Assembly: GCF_006345805.1 (NCBI RefSeq)
Contig: NC_043001.1
Location: 43,710,001 to 43,774,000, forward strand
DNA from: Octopus sinensis
Lineage: Eukaryota
Length of the DNA stretch: 64,000 nt
Direction: 5' to 3'
In this document: piece after piece, positions 34,992 through 48,400 of the stretch
Numbering within the stretch: the stretch's first letter is position 1
Layout: the number at the start of each line of letters is the position of its first letter
Translations under genes and position numbers: made by a program
Notes under the pieces: model-generated
What the model saw: the letters and a program-made list of their open reading frames with translations, nothing else
Told to the model about the DNA's origin: nothing
The model's database searches: none

Positions 34992-35310
34992 TCATCCTTT
35001 ATGGAGGTGCATGACTTAGTGATTAGCATGTTGGATTCATGATTTTATGATTGTGCTTTTGATTCTTAAGTAAAACACTTCATTTCATGTTGCTCCAGTT
35101 CACTCAGCTGGTAAAAATGAGTTGTAACTGTAATTCAAAGGGCCAACCGTGTCACATTGTGTTTCATGTTGAATCTCTCTCAGAACTATGTTAAAGGTAT
35201 GTGTGTGTGTGTGGTGTGCTCAGCCATGTGCATGTTAATTTCATGAGCAAACTGTTCTGTTGATTGGATGAACTGGAACATTTGTCATCATAACCAATGG
35301 AGTACCTCAT
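34992..35310 (+). mobile_element. Old SINE sharing its head and 3' half with the 31.8-kb copy
   Basis: GGAGGTGCATGACTTAGTG head and GTGCTCAGCCA...GTTAATTTCA(T/C)GAGCA 3' half; CpG-depleted. Confidence 0.7.
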
Positions 35311-37574
35311 CCTTAATTGTGATGATGATGATCATCATCATTTAACATTCTTTTTTCCATGCTGTAATATAATATTTGATTTGAACATTCTTCCACCTGT
35401 TTGAAAGACTTGTCTCATTATCATGTCTAAATCTGCAAATGCAGCCAAATCCCCCTTGAGCCAGTCGTAAAAAGAATATTTCAAAAGTGAACATGGAAAC
35501 CACAAAAAAAGAATGGAAGACAAGGAAGCATGGAAATACCTTTGATTGACTAAAGAAATCCAGACTCACATTTAGAGTCTGAAGATTTTCAATTCCATGA
35601 TACTGCTTGTCTGGTTGCACCAGTGATATAGGGAATGTCACTGAAGTGACGGATAAACAAGGACAAAATGAGAAGGACAACAAAATACAAGTAGGACAGG
35701 AAATTAATGGATAGAAATAATACAGTAACACACACACACTAGATTACGTATCAAGGGAACATTTTAAAAAAAGTGAGAAAGAAGAAAAAAGACGTGATGT
35801 TTACAGCAGAAATTCCTTTGGTCACAGGTTTGCTCAAATAGGGCATGGGGTGAGATGGGGACTAAAAAAATATTCTGCAATGAAGCTAAGCTGACCTACT
35901 TGCAATTCTTTGTTTTAGGTTTTTCATATTCTATCCTTTAGAAATAAGTTTGATGATATATATAGTATGTGCATGTATTATCCAATGTTCATTTTGTCAT
36001 TTATGTTTGGGTTTGACTGACCTGCAAAGGCAGATTTGTCACTATGTTAATCAAATAGAATATTAGTGAATATGATAAATTTGAAGAGCTTTTCACAAGT
36101 AATGTCTATGATTTGGTTCTAATTTATAGTTGAAGTCATTTCCCTTCTTTCGTTATGTATGATAGAGTATGATAGAAATGGGTGTCTTGCTGTACAGATG
36201 ATACATTTGTACCCCAGCAGGAAAGGGAGAAAGGATGATGGAAATTAAGAGTTAGGGTGTACCCACAAGATACAAGAGGGTAGATTAACACTCTTAGACC
36301 TGGGTCTCTGTGTCTAACATTACCCTCCACCTGGGAGCAAAAAAATAAAGTTGCATATACAGCTCAGGAGAGGAACTCAGACAATCAAATTGGTGAAATT
36401 GATGAGGTAAGTACTGATTTGGGTGAACAAATATTGTAGTTGAGGGAAAGGCCTATTATCGTTATTCTCGTGAATTTTTTTGATTCAGGAGAATAACAAT
36501 AATAGGCCTTTCTCTCACCCATATCGCTACTTTCCTCATCATTTTCACTAAGTTGATTGAATCACTCCCATTGTTAGTGTAAGTGTAAACCCTTTGTCCA
36601 AAGAATAAACATTAATAATTTCAACTGCTAAGAGTTTAGGCCTTGCTTGTTCACAAGACAAAGTGTTGGGTTCATCACATGCTCATTTCATTGCTAAATC
36701 GTTTTTTTTCTCAATTAAATACAAAAATGAATAACAGCAATGGAGGACACTATTAACAATGAGTCATAAACACACTTGACTACAAAGTTGCAACATGATC
36801 AGTAGTCTAATTTTACTCAGTAGTCTAATTTTACTATTTTATCACCTTGAAATGACATTTAAGCTATTCGTGCTTTAACGAGAATACATAAGGCATGACA
36901 GAGTTAAGAGAGGGTAGGGATAAAGAGTCAAGGATAGGTAGGTAGGTAATTTTAAAAGTGTGGCAAGAGAGTGACAGATAGTAGAAATGAGGACAGAAAG
37001 AAATGCAGTGAATGGTAAACAAGGGTGGAGGCATAGTCAGTGATGAATCTCAGTTAAGGGGGAAGATAAAAGAAAATAGGAGTGGGTCAAAGAGGAGGTG
37101 TTGGATGGCAATACAAAAAAAGTGGGAGGTGGAGAGTAGCAGTACAATAAAACTATGGACAAATGAGAAATAAAGAGAAATGTGAAATGTAGGAGATGAT
37201 GTGAAGATGCACAGTGACAGAAATGGAAGTTAGAAGCATGTAAGGATGGATGCAATGAGAAAAAATGATGGAGTGGTCAGTAGCAGATTTGAAAGGGTGT
37301 TCAGGGGAAAGGAGCATTCAGAGGAAATAAAGTGGTAAGGGATGATGCTGGAAGTGCAAGATGGGTGACAAGGGAAGCAGTTCCAAGTAGAAGGATAACT
37401 AGTAGCTCAGAAAGAGTACAAAATATGTACAGTTCTGCTCACATATATTTACTGGAGCTGAGGAAATAGTATCGTAAAGGAGGAATGGGTGTTATGAAGA
37501 TGTGTTGTGAGGAAGGCTTGACAAGTATAGATAGCATGTGGGGCAGAGACATTAATAATATGCTATTAGGATCT

Positions 37575-37770
37575 AATTTTTGCTGAGATGGACAAGTCCT
37601 CTTGAGCACAGCAAGTTGCTGATCATCTCTGTGAGGCTCAACAGCCTGAGGTTGGTCTTTACTACTTTATCCCATGTCTTCTTGGCTCTCCCTTTTCCAC
37701 AAGTTCTATCCGCATTTAATGATCGACACTCCTTTATGCAGCTGTCCTCATCCACATTATATCTGATCCC
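37575..37770 (-). mobile_element. RTE LINE 3' end fragment
   Basis: DEDSCIKECRSL..TCGKGRAKKTWDKVVKTNLR, the typical RTE C-terminal GRP(K/R)KTW motif. Confidence 0.75.
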
Positions 37771-39612
37771 TCTTCCAGTATACAAAAGAATTGAACAATG
37801 GAGCTATGACTAATTTTTATTTTAAAACCAAATTTAAATTAATATCCTCCTAAGAAAGTTTATCAATACACATTACAAAAAGATTAAAATATAAACAAAA
37901 CAAAAAAAATCTACTTTTAATGTTTTATTCAAGTGATGGTCTGACAGAACAGGCAGAGTGGGAGACAAAATACTTTGTGGCATTTACAGACACCTCTTCA
38001 TGGTTTGAGTTTGAATTGCATTGAAATAGACTTTGTCTCTTAAACTTTAGTAGTCAATAAGTACCAGTGAAATACTGATGCTGATGTTTGACCATACCAC
38101 CCATAAATGTAAGGTTTTGTGCCTTTGTTAAGAATTAAAATTTTAAGTCAAATAGGAAAAGGTAAACTTATAAGTCTCTAAGTTCATATGGAAGTGAGAA
38201 GTTGAAAAACATAGAGCCCACTAAAGTATACATTTCATTTGCTTTTTCATATTTTGTGATTTAATCCAGAGTGAACACACATGAACTGTCCGAGCTTAAA
38301 ATATCAGTGTGACATAGAAACAGAGAAGAATTTCAAAAAAGACTATGATATTTGGGTTAGGCATTGTACAAACTTAGTCAGTCACCCTACATAAAGGATA
38401 TTTATTTCAAATGTTTTGGTCATATCATTACATACAACTTTCCTTGGTTTGAGCCAATAGAAAACCTCTACATAGTCATTTGATCTGCAGGAAACAGCAA
38501 CCAAACCTCACTTAAATTACACCTGCCTTCTTGAAATAAGAAAGACACTGGACAATTGGATATTAGATCATGTAGTTCTGGATAAACTATCAAAAAAGAC
38601 TAGATGACCATGGCTGGAATGTTTTTATGTTTAGGTTTACATGATCAGAGGGTTGAACAATTACAACACTATCATCACCACCAGAAAGATGACCATTCAA
38701 AGAACAAAATGTTTTCATTCATCACACAGTCTGCAAGCTCTTTTGCTTCTCAAACTTCAGCCAAATTTACTGGTAGCTTGCCAAGAGGATTTGAACCAAC
38801 TGTGTAGAATTACCCCCATTCATTACACTTTACCCAAGTAGCTCAGTTAGCTGTATTCCAGATACAGCTCACTTGTAATACAGTTACCAAATGCAGAAAC
38901 TTCAATTACTGATGCTCAACAAGAAGACTTCATGCTTTTATTTCTGACATTAGCAATCTGATCACAAATAGCAGCCAAATATCCTTCAAGTCACACACTA
39001 CCACCTTATAAAAGGAAAGAACACGTTGGATGGTATGATCCTGGATAAAATATGTCAGATAAAAAAGAGAAGGGTCACAGCTAGAATACTTTTAATTATA
39101 GACCTGATTGATTGAGGTTGTCTGTGCCAAACAACCTTGTCTTATTTATCTGCACAAACATACTGACATTATTAAAAAAAGAAACCATACCTACAGTACA
39201 GTACAAATGATAATAAACCTTATAAACATTGGTAAACATATTTATAACAGACAAATCTGTAACAAGATCCTTCCTTCATGGATTTGTGCTTCCCTAGAAC
39301 TCACTTCCACCTCCCATTTTCACTTCAAATTTCGATCTACAGAAATTCAAGATAAACACAACTGCATTGATTTAACCAGTCTGAGAGGGTCTGGTAAGGG
39401 TTATAGACAGTATCACTCTTCTGAATACTACCCAATCAGAAAACAGGCTCACTTGGTCTGAAATTCAACAAGCTAAAATAAATATTAGCAATGTAAATAA
39501 ATATAAAAGGGTAAGAGGAAGAAACTTTTAGTTTTTGTAACTAGTGTTATAAACAAATAGTTACTGATATTTCCCTTAGTAAACATCAAATTTTGTGTAA
39601 AAATACTGTATT

Positions 39613-39647
<35 letters not shown>

Positions 39648-39800
39648 GTGCACATATTTTATATATATATATATGTGTGTGTGTGTGTTTTTTTTTCTTG
39701 GGCAAGGGGCATGACTATTAAATGGAAGGATACAAAATTTGAAAGGAAATTATTTGACTATACTGTTTCAGCTACTCCATTATTTTTTCTTAGGCAACTA

Positions 39801-41013
39801 TTGGGCTATCCCATAAATAATGTGGGTTTTTTTATACTTCTTTTATTTTTCAAAATTAAGATAAACAAAGTTCTTTACTACAATGCTCTTCCATCTGTAT
39901 GGTAGACTTGTATGTCCCCTCTTCCAAAATTCACTTTGTCTGTGATGAAAAATACTCCTCCAGTACTGTTCTGACCTTGTCTACAGAATTTATATTTTTT
40001 CTGTTCAAATGATTTTGAAGACTACGGAATAAATGATAATTAGATGAAGCAATATCCAGTGAATACGGTGGGTGGCGCATTATTTCCCACTCAAACTGCT
40101 CTAGGCTTCGGAATGTCATCCTCGCTGTATGTGGCCGAGCATTATCTTGATGGAAGAACACCTTTTGTCTTGAAACCAAAGATGATCGTTTTCTTCTAGC
40201 ACTGACTAAAGCTGCTCGCAGTAGATCTCCTTTGTTATTGTTTGGTTTGAGTTTAAAAGTTCAAGGTAGACTAAACCTTTCATATCCCACCAAACAGATA
40301 ACAACACCTAACATGGGTAAAGACCTTCTTTAGCCTGGGGTGCTAGTGTTTCTCCTTTCCCTACCCACTGTCTTTGGAGTTTGGCATTTTTATAGTGAAC
40401 CCATTTCTCATCACCAGTCACTATTCAGTCCAAAAAAAGTTCATTCATCAAGCATGACAGCAAAGAAGATCACACATTTACTCCCTGAGCCCCATTAGAC
40501 TCAGAAAGTTTGTGAGGAACCCATCGACCCAATTTGCTGACTTTTCTGATGGCACACAGGTGTCTATGAATGATTGAATGACCAAAAGCTTCTCTGCTAG
40601 TTCCTCAACAGTTACAATGGGATTTTGTTCCACCAGGGTTTGCAGGACATCCTTGTTGAGCTCTACAGATCTTCCAGGATGAGGCTTGTCTTCTAGGTTG
40701 TGGTTTTTGGAACTACTGTTTATTGTCCGATCCCCATTTACTGCATTAATATTCCTCGCACTTTCTGTTGTTGCCTTTATTGAACTCATAAAAAGCAAAA
40801 TATGCTAAATATGTTCCTTTGTCACTTCTATTATAGCTTTGAAAAAATAACTGCTAAAATTGAACTGCATTCTTCAAAACTTGCACTAAGAGTAAGGACA
40901 AGGTAAAATTACTACCTGCTTTTATAGCAAAGTGACGCAGGTAGTTTATTCCACCCCCTCCAACTTTTATTTCATGTAATTGAAAAAACTGCATTATTTA
41001 TGGGATGACCCAA
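39801..41013 (-). mobile_element. Near full-length mariner (DD34D type) with a decayed transposase
   Basis: TIRs TTGGG(CT/TC)ATCCCATAAATAATG, TA TSDs at 39799-800 and 41014-15; LEDKPHPGR HTH region; HQDNARPH...HPPYSLDIASSNYHLF with the third D mutated to N. Confidence 0.92.
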
Positions 41014-41033
41014 TATTATTATAACAGACTAAC

Positions 41034-41082
<49 letters not shown>

Positions 41083-42699
41083 ATATGGCAAAATTAGGGG
41101 GGAAGTAGACAACATAAATCAAAAGGAAATTACAATTCTAATGGTTGAAGTTAACAAAAATATATTCTAGTTATTATGACAGGGTTTTGACAGGACAAAG
41201 CTTTTTATTATATTTATTTTCTAAACATTTGTACATTAAAAGCAGGTGGTAGGTACAGTTCAAAACAAAGTTTTAGAACAGTTTGAATTTTAGTCACATC
41301 AACTCAGATTATGTATTCTGAAGTTAGCAACATAATAATCCAAGTATATGGGGGGAAAAAAAACAACAAAAAAAAACCCCCACTTGCAGTTCATTTAGTC
41401 TTATTTTTCAAGTAGCAAATTTTGTCTTTGGTAGTTTTTTGTTTGCCACCTCCACCAATTAGTGTCACCACTATTGTTGCTACCAGATTAAAATCCAAAT
41501 GGCTTCATCATAAACACTTCTGTATTAAGAGTTGTAGCAAGTTATGTCATTAGCTAGCTTGGTGGTTAACAGAGTGATGACCTAATGAATCTGTAGACAG
41601 ATTGAAGAAATAAACAAACTAGAACTAACTACATGAGACAGCAATGAAGACCATTTTATAGATAATGTTTATATAACTGGCAATGTTAGATAAATACTAT
41701 TTATAGAATTCAAATCAATGACTAAACTCTGTATGAAATTCATAACCAGACAGATAGATGATACAGAAAGATGTCACTGAACTATTAAATCTAATGAATG
41801 AATACTGAATTAAACTCCTACTCATCTTGTCTACTATATAAGAGGCCTCCTAGCCAGACAACATACATATAACTCTAAATCAACACTCAAACCCTACCTA
41901 TGCAATATTTGAATCTAGTACAAAACCTTTGGTATTCAAAAACTTCACTCTTTCACTCTAGTCAAATAATCACTCCAAAATATTTAGACATGTACGTAAA
42001 TATGAGATCAAATAACAAGTGTGCTGAGTCAAGCTGCTCTCAAGCTTTTTATTGCCTTATTATATATCAAAAGCCTGCATGCTTAGAAAAGTGTGGTACT
42101 ATTTAATATTATATATTTTTCAACTAACCTAGCAACTTTCAGATTTCTTGACAACTGGTTATACTATTTGCTATTGCTATCGTGAGCATGCAGATAAAAA
42201 GCAGCTAATAAATAACACTTTGTATAGCTTACAGCACTGATACTACATGAACATTAATTCAAGCAGGTCAAGAAACTGATTGACTTATTCATTTATTTAC
42301 CTTCAAAAGCTATGAATGTTAAAATTTAATGCTGCATTGAATAACCTTGATATGCATTCATAAAAGTCAAAACTTATTTTTATCAGTAAGTCTTCGTAAG
42401 AAGATAGGCAACAGCTAGATTCTTTTTAGACACACATAATTAATGCATTTGAATTTCTGAAAATTAGTAAAAAAGAACACATTGAAGTTAGTTTTAAAGG
42501 TGAGTTGTTGAAGGGAGGGAAGACTACTTGGGCTAAAGTTGCTATGCTAAAGAGAAAACAAAACTGAGGGAAAAAGACATAATTTAGGTCTTTTATCATG
42601 CGAGTTTAAATTCTAAATAAAAACTTTGATAAACATGAGTAGACGAACAGTTTGTAAAAAAGAAAAATAACCAGGTATTTACAATAGCTTGTTCATATA

Positions 42700-43130
42700 T
42701 TGTTTAATCATATACAACCAAACTGATAACACTGAGTTACAAGAGTACCATAAAGAATGTTTGTCTAATGAGAAGCTGATATTATTAGAACTAGGGTAAG
42801 AAGAGGTCATGGAAGTTTCACCTGCAACTTTTTTGTTAATTGTAAAGAATATGGTTATGATATTGATAGGGGAAGGTCTGCAGATTTTTGCTGATAATGA
42901 TCCTAATTGTGAATTTGAAAAAAAACATGAAATATTGCCCACTGGATTGTTAGTCTCTCTTTCCTCATTTCAAATGATGATCTCTTCTGCTTTGGTGCTT
43001 TATGCCCCTCCACAAGATCCAGTTTGAAGAATAGTCTTTCTTTCATATGCAAGAGCTTACAAAGGTTGTACAGATGAAAATTAGCTCTCTGGTAATGTAA
43101 TCTGTAACCAGACAGTGATCATGTAGCCTC
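42700..43130 (+). mobile_element. Tigger/pogo transposase C-terminal remnant
   Basis: LSNEKLILLE...IGEGLQIFADNDPN resembles Tigger LTNEELLEL...EALLVFEAQDPN. Confidence 0.55.
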
Positions 43131-43697
43131 TTCTTTTATTTTAATATATCAATGTCAAAATTCTTAGAATTATGTTTCCTATGTTTTATTTATTAGTATT
43201 TAAATAAGTTTATATAAGTTAGTTTACTAATATTTAATTATTTGCAAGTTTCAATCTTCATCTTGTATATTAGTACTTATGATTTATTGCTTATTGTAGT
43301 ATGTTTCTTATGTTTTATCTATCAGCATCTAATTTATATAAGTTGATATATTATTAACTAGCTTAAATGTCACCCAATTGGGTAGCTTTTAAGCTAGTAT
43401 GTAGCTTTTAAGCAACTAACCCCGAATGGGAAGATCTGAAAAGAGATCTCTGACTTGTTTTGGAGAATTTGTTGCAATTGCTTCCTCTAGAGTCATATCC
43501 CAATTATGATCATATTCATCACTAAAAATCATGTAAAAAAATCGCCGAAAACAATCGCAGTAATGAAAACATAGGAATCCAAAATTGCAGGATTACAGGA
43601 CCAGATTCGGCCTGGAATGTTTTTAATTTAATCTGACGTTCACATTTATTATATTAGATATGTTTAATTTTGGGGAAACTGTATTTCAATTAAAGTG

Positions 43698-43739
<42 letters not shown>

Positions 43740-44358
43740 TAAAGAAGCAAAAAAATAAAGCAAAAATGATAGTGTTCAGTAGTTGGTTCAGTATGCTGAC
43801 CACAGGAATTTCTGTCCATGAAAGTCATACATCATCTCCCTCTTTCTCTCACATACCTACTTTCTCTCTCTTATTATTACTCCCATTGCCATCATCAACA
43901 TTACCACTTTTAATAAAACATCATCAACTCTCCCTAGATTTTTTGTCTCTCTTTCTCTCCCTCCCCCCTCTCTCTGCCTTCTCCGCCGCTCTCACCATCT
44001 CAATTACTCTTACCCCAACACGAAGAAGTGTCATTGAATAGTGAGAGCTGGAGTCAAAGTGTGACACACTGACACCCAGAAATTAGTTTTTGCATTTATT
44101 ATATTAGATTATTATTTATTTATATGTTTTAGCTTTATTCTGTATGTTGATTTATAAAAGTTTTATACATTTGTGATTTTTAGACTGGGTATAAGCATTC
44201 TATTTGCATATTCCGAAACAGCATTGGACAACATTTTCTAAGGCTGTGTAACACTATCAAAAGTAGTGGTTTTGCCTTAAGCTGGTGAAATTACATTGAC
44301 ATGCAATAGGCAGCTGACAAAGGAAGTTGTTCAGTTGTGTTCAATATATATTCTTTCT

Positions 44359-44525
44359 AAAGCAGCAAGCTGGCAGAAACGTTCTGAGTTCAAATTCCAC
44401 CGAGGTCAACTTTGCCTTTCATCCTTTCGGGCTTACTAAATTAAGTACCAGTTGCTTACTGGGGTCAATGTAATCAACTGGATCCCTCCCCAAAAATTTT
44501 GGGCCTTGTGCCTAGAGTAGAAAAG
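44359..44525 (+). mobile_element. SINE, internally deleted copy of the 19.4-kb family
   Basis: AGCTGGCAGAAACGTTCTGAGTTCAAATTCC...GGCCTTGTGCC. Confidence 0.78.
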
Positions 44526-46559
44526 AATATATATTCATTCTTTCATTAATGTCTCTGTTCATTGTTTCTGTCCTGTTCAATTTCTTTTACTTATCTATGA
44601 TAATATAGATTTTAAAGTTATATTTGTTTCCTTGATAGAGTATATTATAAGGGTTTAGATATAATTTTTACTACTGTAATACAGTTTTGTAAATAGTTTA
44701 TATTTCAATAAAGTCGGAACGTTGTTCTATGGTAGATATAAAACATAAAAGTTAGTCTCACATTAAGCTGTACAAAGAGATGATATGCCATAAATGGTAA
44801 ACAACTTTGGATAAGTTCTTCACCTTTGAAGCACATGGTGATGATGGTGATCTACATTGTAGAGGATAGTGGCCCTCTTTCACCAAGTAACTCTTTTGCA
44901 CCACCTCCCATCACATACCAATTACCATCTTTTGTGGTGTGCCACATACTATGATGATACTATCATATTTATTCCTTAATGTGTACCATACTATGACGTT
45001 AGCATATTTTATTAAGTTCTTAATGTTTTCTCTTCAAATGTTTTCATGTATACATACTATGTAATGTATGAAGTAAATTATTCTTAATGGTAGATACAGC
45101 TATAAATGATAGCATGTAGAATATTGGGTTAAAAAGCCCTTGGATGGAAAAACGTTGAAAGCTTCCTGTGGGACATGAACTCACATCTCTTGTAAACATA
45201 ACAGATGTTCTAACCATTATACTAAAGCATCCATTTTAGAAGTTTTGTTCTCACCACCAAGAACTGTATGTTGTTTGCATAAGAATTTAGAAACATAGTG
45301 AGATAAATGTCAATCATTCTTTTTTTTAAATCATGGATAGAAATTGATATTTCCATGAAGAAAGTGGTATAGAAGATGCTAGTTTTGTTAAGAAGTACTG
45401 AGTGCTCCAGAAGGATGGAACCTGTGGGAGAAAGAGGCCAAAGAAGTGATGGCATCAAATGGGAAGACTGATCTCAAAAGGATGAAATTCCTGGAAGAGA
45501 AAACAAACGACCATGACTTGTGACAAACTCTAGATAAACAAATGTAAAAATGATAATGGAGATTGGGATGTATAGGATTTGCATTTAGGTCTTTCTCAAC
45601 CAGTATGTTTGCATTAAGTCTCCATGCATCATTCACATCTTTAATTCATTAAACTCTCATTCTTCACTCATGGCTGCTTCTATCAATGTGCCTCCCAAAT
45701 ATCGCCATCTCTCTCCCATCATACCACTTGTGTAAAAACAGATAATATGGCATTGGATCTATCTATATTCAGTTCTACCCCCTTTATCATCAACCCTTCT
45801 TTATTGCTAGCCATCTCTCCTTCCTCCCCTATCACTTATTATTGACATCCATTTCTCCCATCACTGTCTCTCTCTCCCAGAGCATTCTCAACCCTTCATA
45901 TCACACTCTCACTTCCAGTATTCATCTATCTCCTAGGCCTCTTCCCTACCACTCACTCTTCTCATCATGTTGTTCATGCTGTTCCTATTGAATCTCCTTA
46001 CCAACAATTATCTTGCAGCTAGTTATATATAAATATGTCTGTGTATACACACACACACACACACAAATGTGTATATACACTTATTCACACATAGATGCTT
46101 GAATGCTTCAGAAACAGAGAGGGGGAAGAGATAAAACCAGAAAGAGAGAATGAAGGAAAGAAAGAAAATTGGTCATTAAACCAATATTTGATGCTATTCA
46201 GTAGTTACAAGGATATATGATCTAAAATTAGCTACCAGTAATGACTGTCTTGATATTTAGCCACTGCTGTCTGCAAATTTACAGATCTATTCAACACAAA
46301 AATAACTTTCAGTTGCTCCATTGTTTTGTTCTTGTATCTTTGTCTGTCACCACCACCGCCGCCACCGCCACCACCACCACCACCACTCACACATACTGCT
46401 AACAGAAAGTGTGAGTGAATATGTTCTATAGATACATGAACTAGATATGAAAACATAGGCTATGGTATAATAACTACTATAATAAGTATATTTCACTTGA
46501 TATGGTGGTGTTGGTGCACATATAGACTCCACCCTCTCTGACTCTCACCAAAAAGTCAG

Positions 46560-47200
46560 CAATAAAACCTTTCAGTTTCTCTGACTAAAAGTCTCCCTCC
46601 TCCTATTGCTCTCCGAAATCCTCAAACCACAAGCAACTCTGATCATATCTCATCCTACACTAAGAACAAATAAATATCTCACTTCTCCCCTCTACAAAGT
46701 CATCATTCACAGAAGCTTCAACACTCACAGCTCCTCATTGCTCTCACACTCATCCCACATCCCCATTCTGAAGTTACAAAAGCCAAATGCTTTACTATTT
46801 TCAACTCTTTACACCAACTTTTGTTTCACCTCCTTGTATTCCAGACTAATATACAGAAACCACAAACACCCTCAATCATTTCTCACCCCGAAACATAACC
46901 TCTACCAGCCAGTTACTGTTTCTGCATTCATCAGGTTGTCCAACCACTGCCTTGCTGCAAGTGTCCAACAAACAATCACTTAATGTTTATGTACCAGCTT
47001 CCAAGAATGTGTTTAATATGTAAATTGGTATATCCAATAACGTTACACCGCTATATGTAGTGGCTATTTATGCAACGAGTTTGTGGATGATTAATAAGTT
47101 AGATGGATACTGATGAAGGAGCAAAAATCTTCTGAAATATGGCATATACGCCCATTACACATTTTTTCATCTTTGATCTCATTGTTTGTTTACATCTGAC
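46560..47200 (+). mobile_element. Possible Penelope-like element 3' region ending in a hammerhead-like motif
   Basis: C/A-rich tract followed by CTGATGA-stem-GAAA at 47110-47137. Confidence 0.4.
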
Positions 47201-47459
47201 ACCTTGGATACGAAATGTAACAAAACCAGTGCTGACTATAATTTCTATAGAAAATCTGTAGAGATGACCTTAACAAATGATTCAAGTGCACTGCTAACAC
47301 AGTAGTACATGGTATTGACTTATAAAAAAAAGAAGACATTTAACATACTTTGTAGTATATTATGGTTGCATAACAAAATACCATAAGCCTACAAGTCATT
47401 AATATTTACATATCAGCTGATTATCTAAGTGGTTATTTAAGCAATGAGTTTGTATTATT

Positions 47460-47649
47460 AAGGTGGTGAGCTGGCAGAATCATTAGCAATATTTCACATG
47501 TCGTTACGTTCTGAGTTCAGATTCTACCGAGGTCCACTTTCCCTTTCATTCTTTCGGAGTCGATAAATTAAGTACTAGTGAAACACTGGGGTTGATGTAA
47601 TCGACTAGTCCCCTCCCACCAAATTTCAGGTCTTGTGCCTTTAATAGAA

Positions 47650-47723
<74 letters not shown>

Positions 47724-47930
47724 GGTAGCAGGCTGGAAGAATTGTTAACTTGCTGAAGAAAATGCTCAGCAGCATTTCAGTTGACTTTATGTCCTGAGTT
47801 CAAATGGTGTCAAGGTTAACTTTGCCTTTCATCCTTTCAGGGTCCATAAATTAAGTACCAACCAAGCACTGGTGTCAATGTAATAAACTAGCCCCTCACC
47901 AAAACTTTCAAGCATTATGCCTATAGTAGA
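47460..47930 (+). mobile_element. Two head-to-tail SINEs separated by an (ATT)n tract of about 72 bp
   Basis: Heads AAGGTGGTGAGCTGGCAG and AAGGTAGCAGGCTGGAAG; (ATT)n at about 47650-47721. Confidence 0.82.
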
Positions 47931-48150
47931 AAGGATTATTACAATAAATAATTATTTCATATTTTTTAACCTTATCTTTAAAGATAAAATTCTTTATATA
48001 TTTACATCTATGCCATGTTTTGCTTGGTTTGAACACTGGTTATCAATAGGCATCTTATTCCAGAATGTGTATATTGTATTAGACTGGATTAAAACCAGAA
48101 CATTTATTTCTAAATTAAAAATAAAAGTGCTCATATCTACTAGTATAAAT

Positions 48151-48400
48151 CAGTGCTTCTCAACCAGGGTCCATATGGCCCTTGTAGGGTCCATATAAGA
48201 TTTTGTTGTTAAAATTTATCTGCAATAAATTGGTTATACTTCTATAATAACACAAATAATTTTAATAATTTTCTTTTATACAATTCCTAATAATATTTAA
48301 ATCATAAAAATATAATGGTACTTTTTAAAACATAGAATGTATATTAGGGATCCACTGGGGTAAAATAGGAATCAAAGGGGTCCAAAGACAAGAACTACTG
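48151..48400. mobile_element. hAT-family MITE
   Basis: Ends CAGTGCTTCTCAA / AAGAACTACTG; perfect TSD GTATAAAT at 48143-48150 and 48401-48408. Confidence 0.85.

Noticed and set aside
35342-35737. 131-aa minus-strand ORF considered as exon 1
   Set aside because: No SorLA features; the plus strand looks more like a decayed LINE remnant.
46915-46940. CTGATGA-ATGCA-GAAA on the minus strand as a hammerhead
   Set aside because: No stem II can form and there is no supporting stem I.
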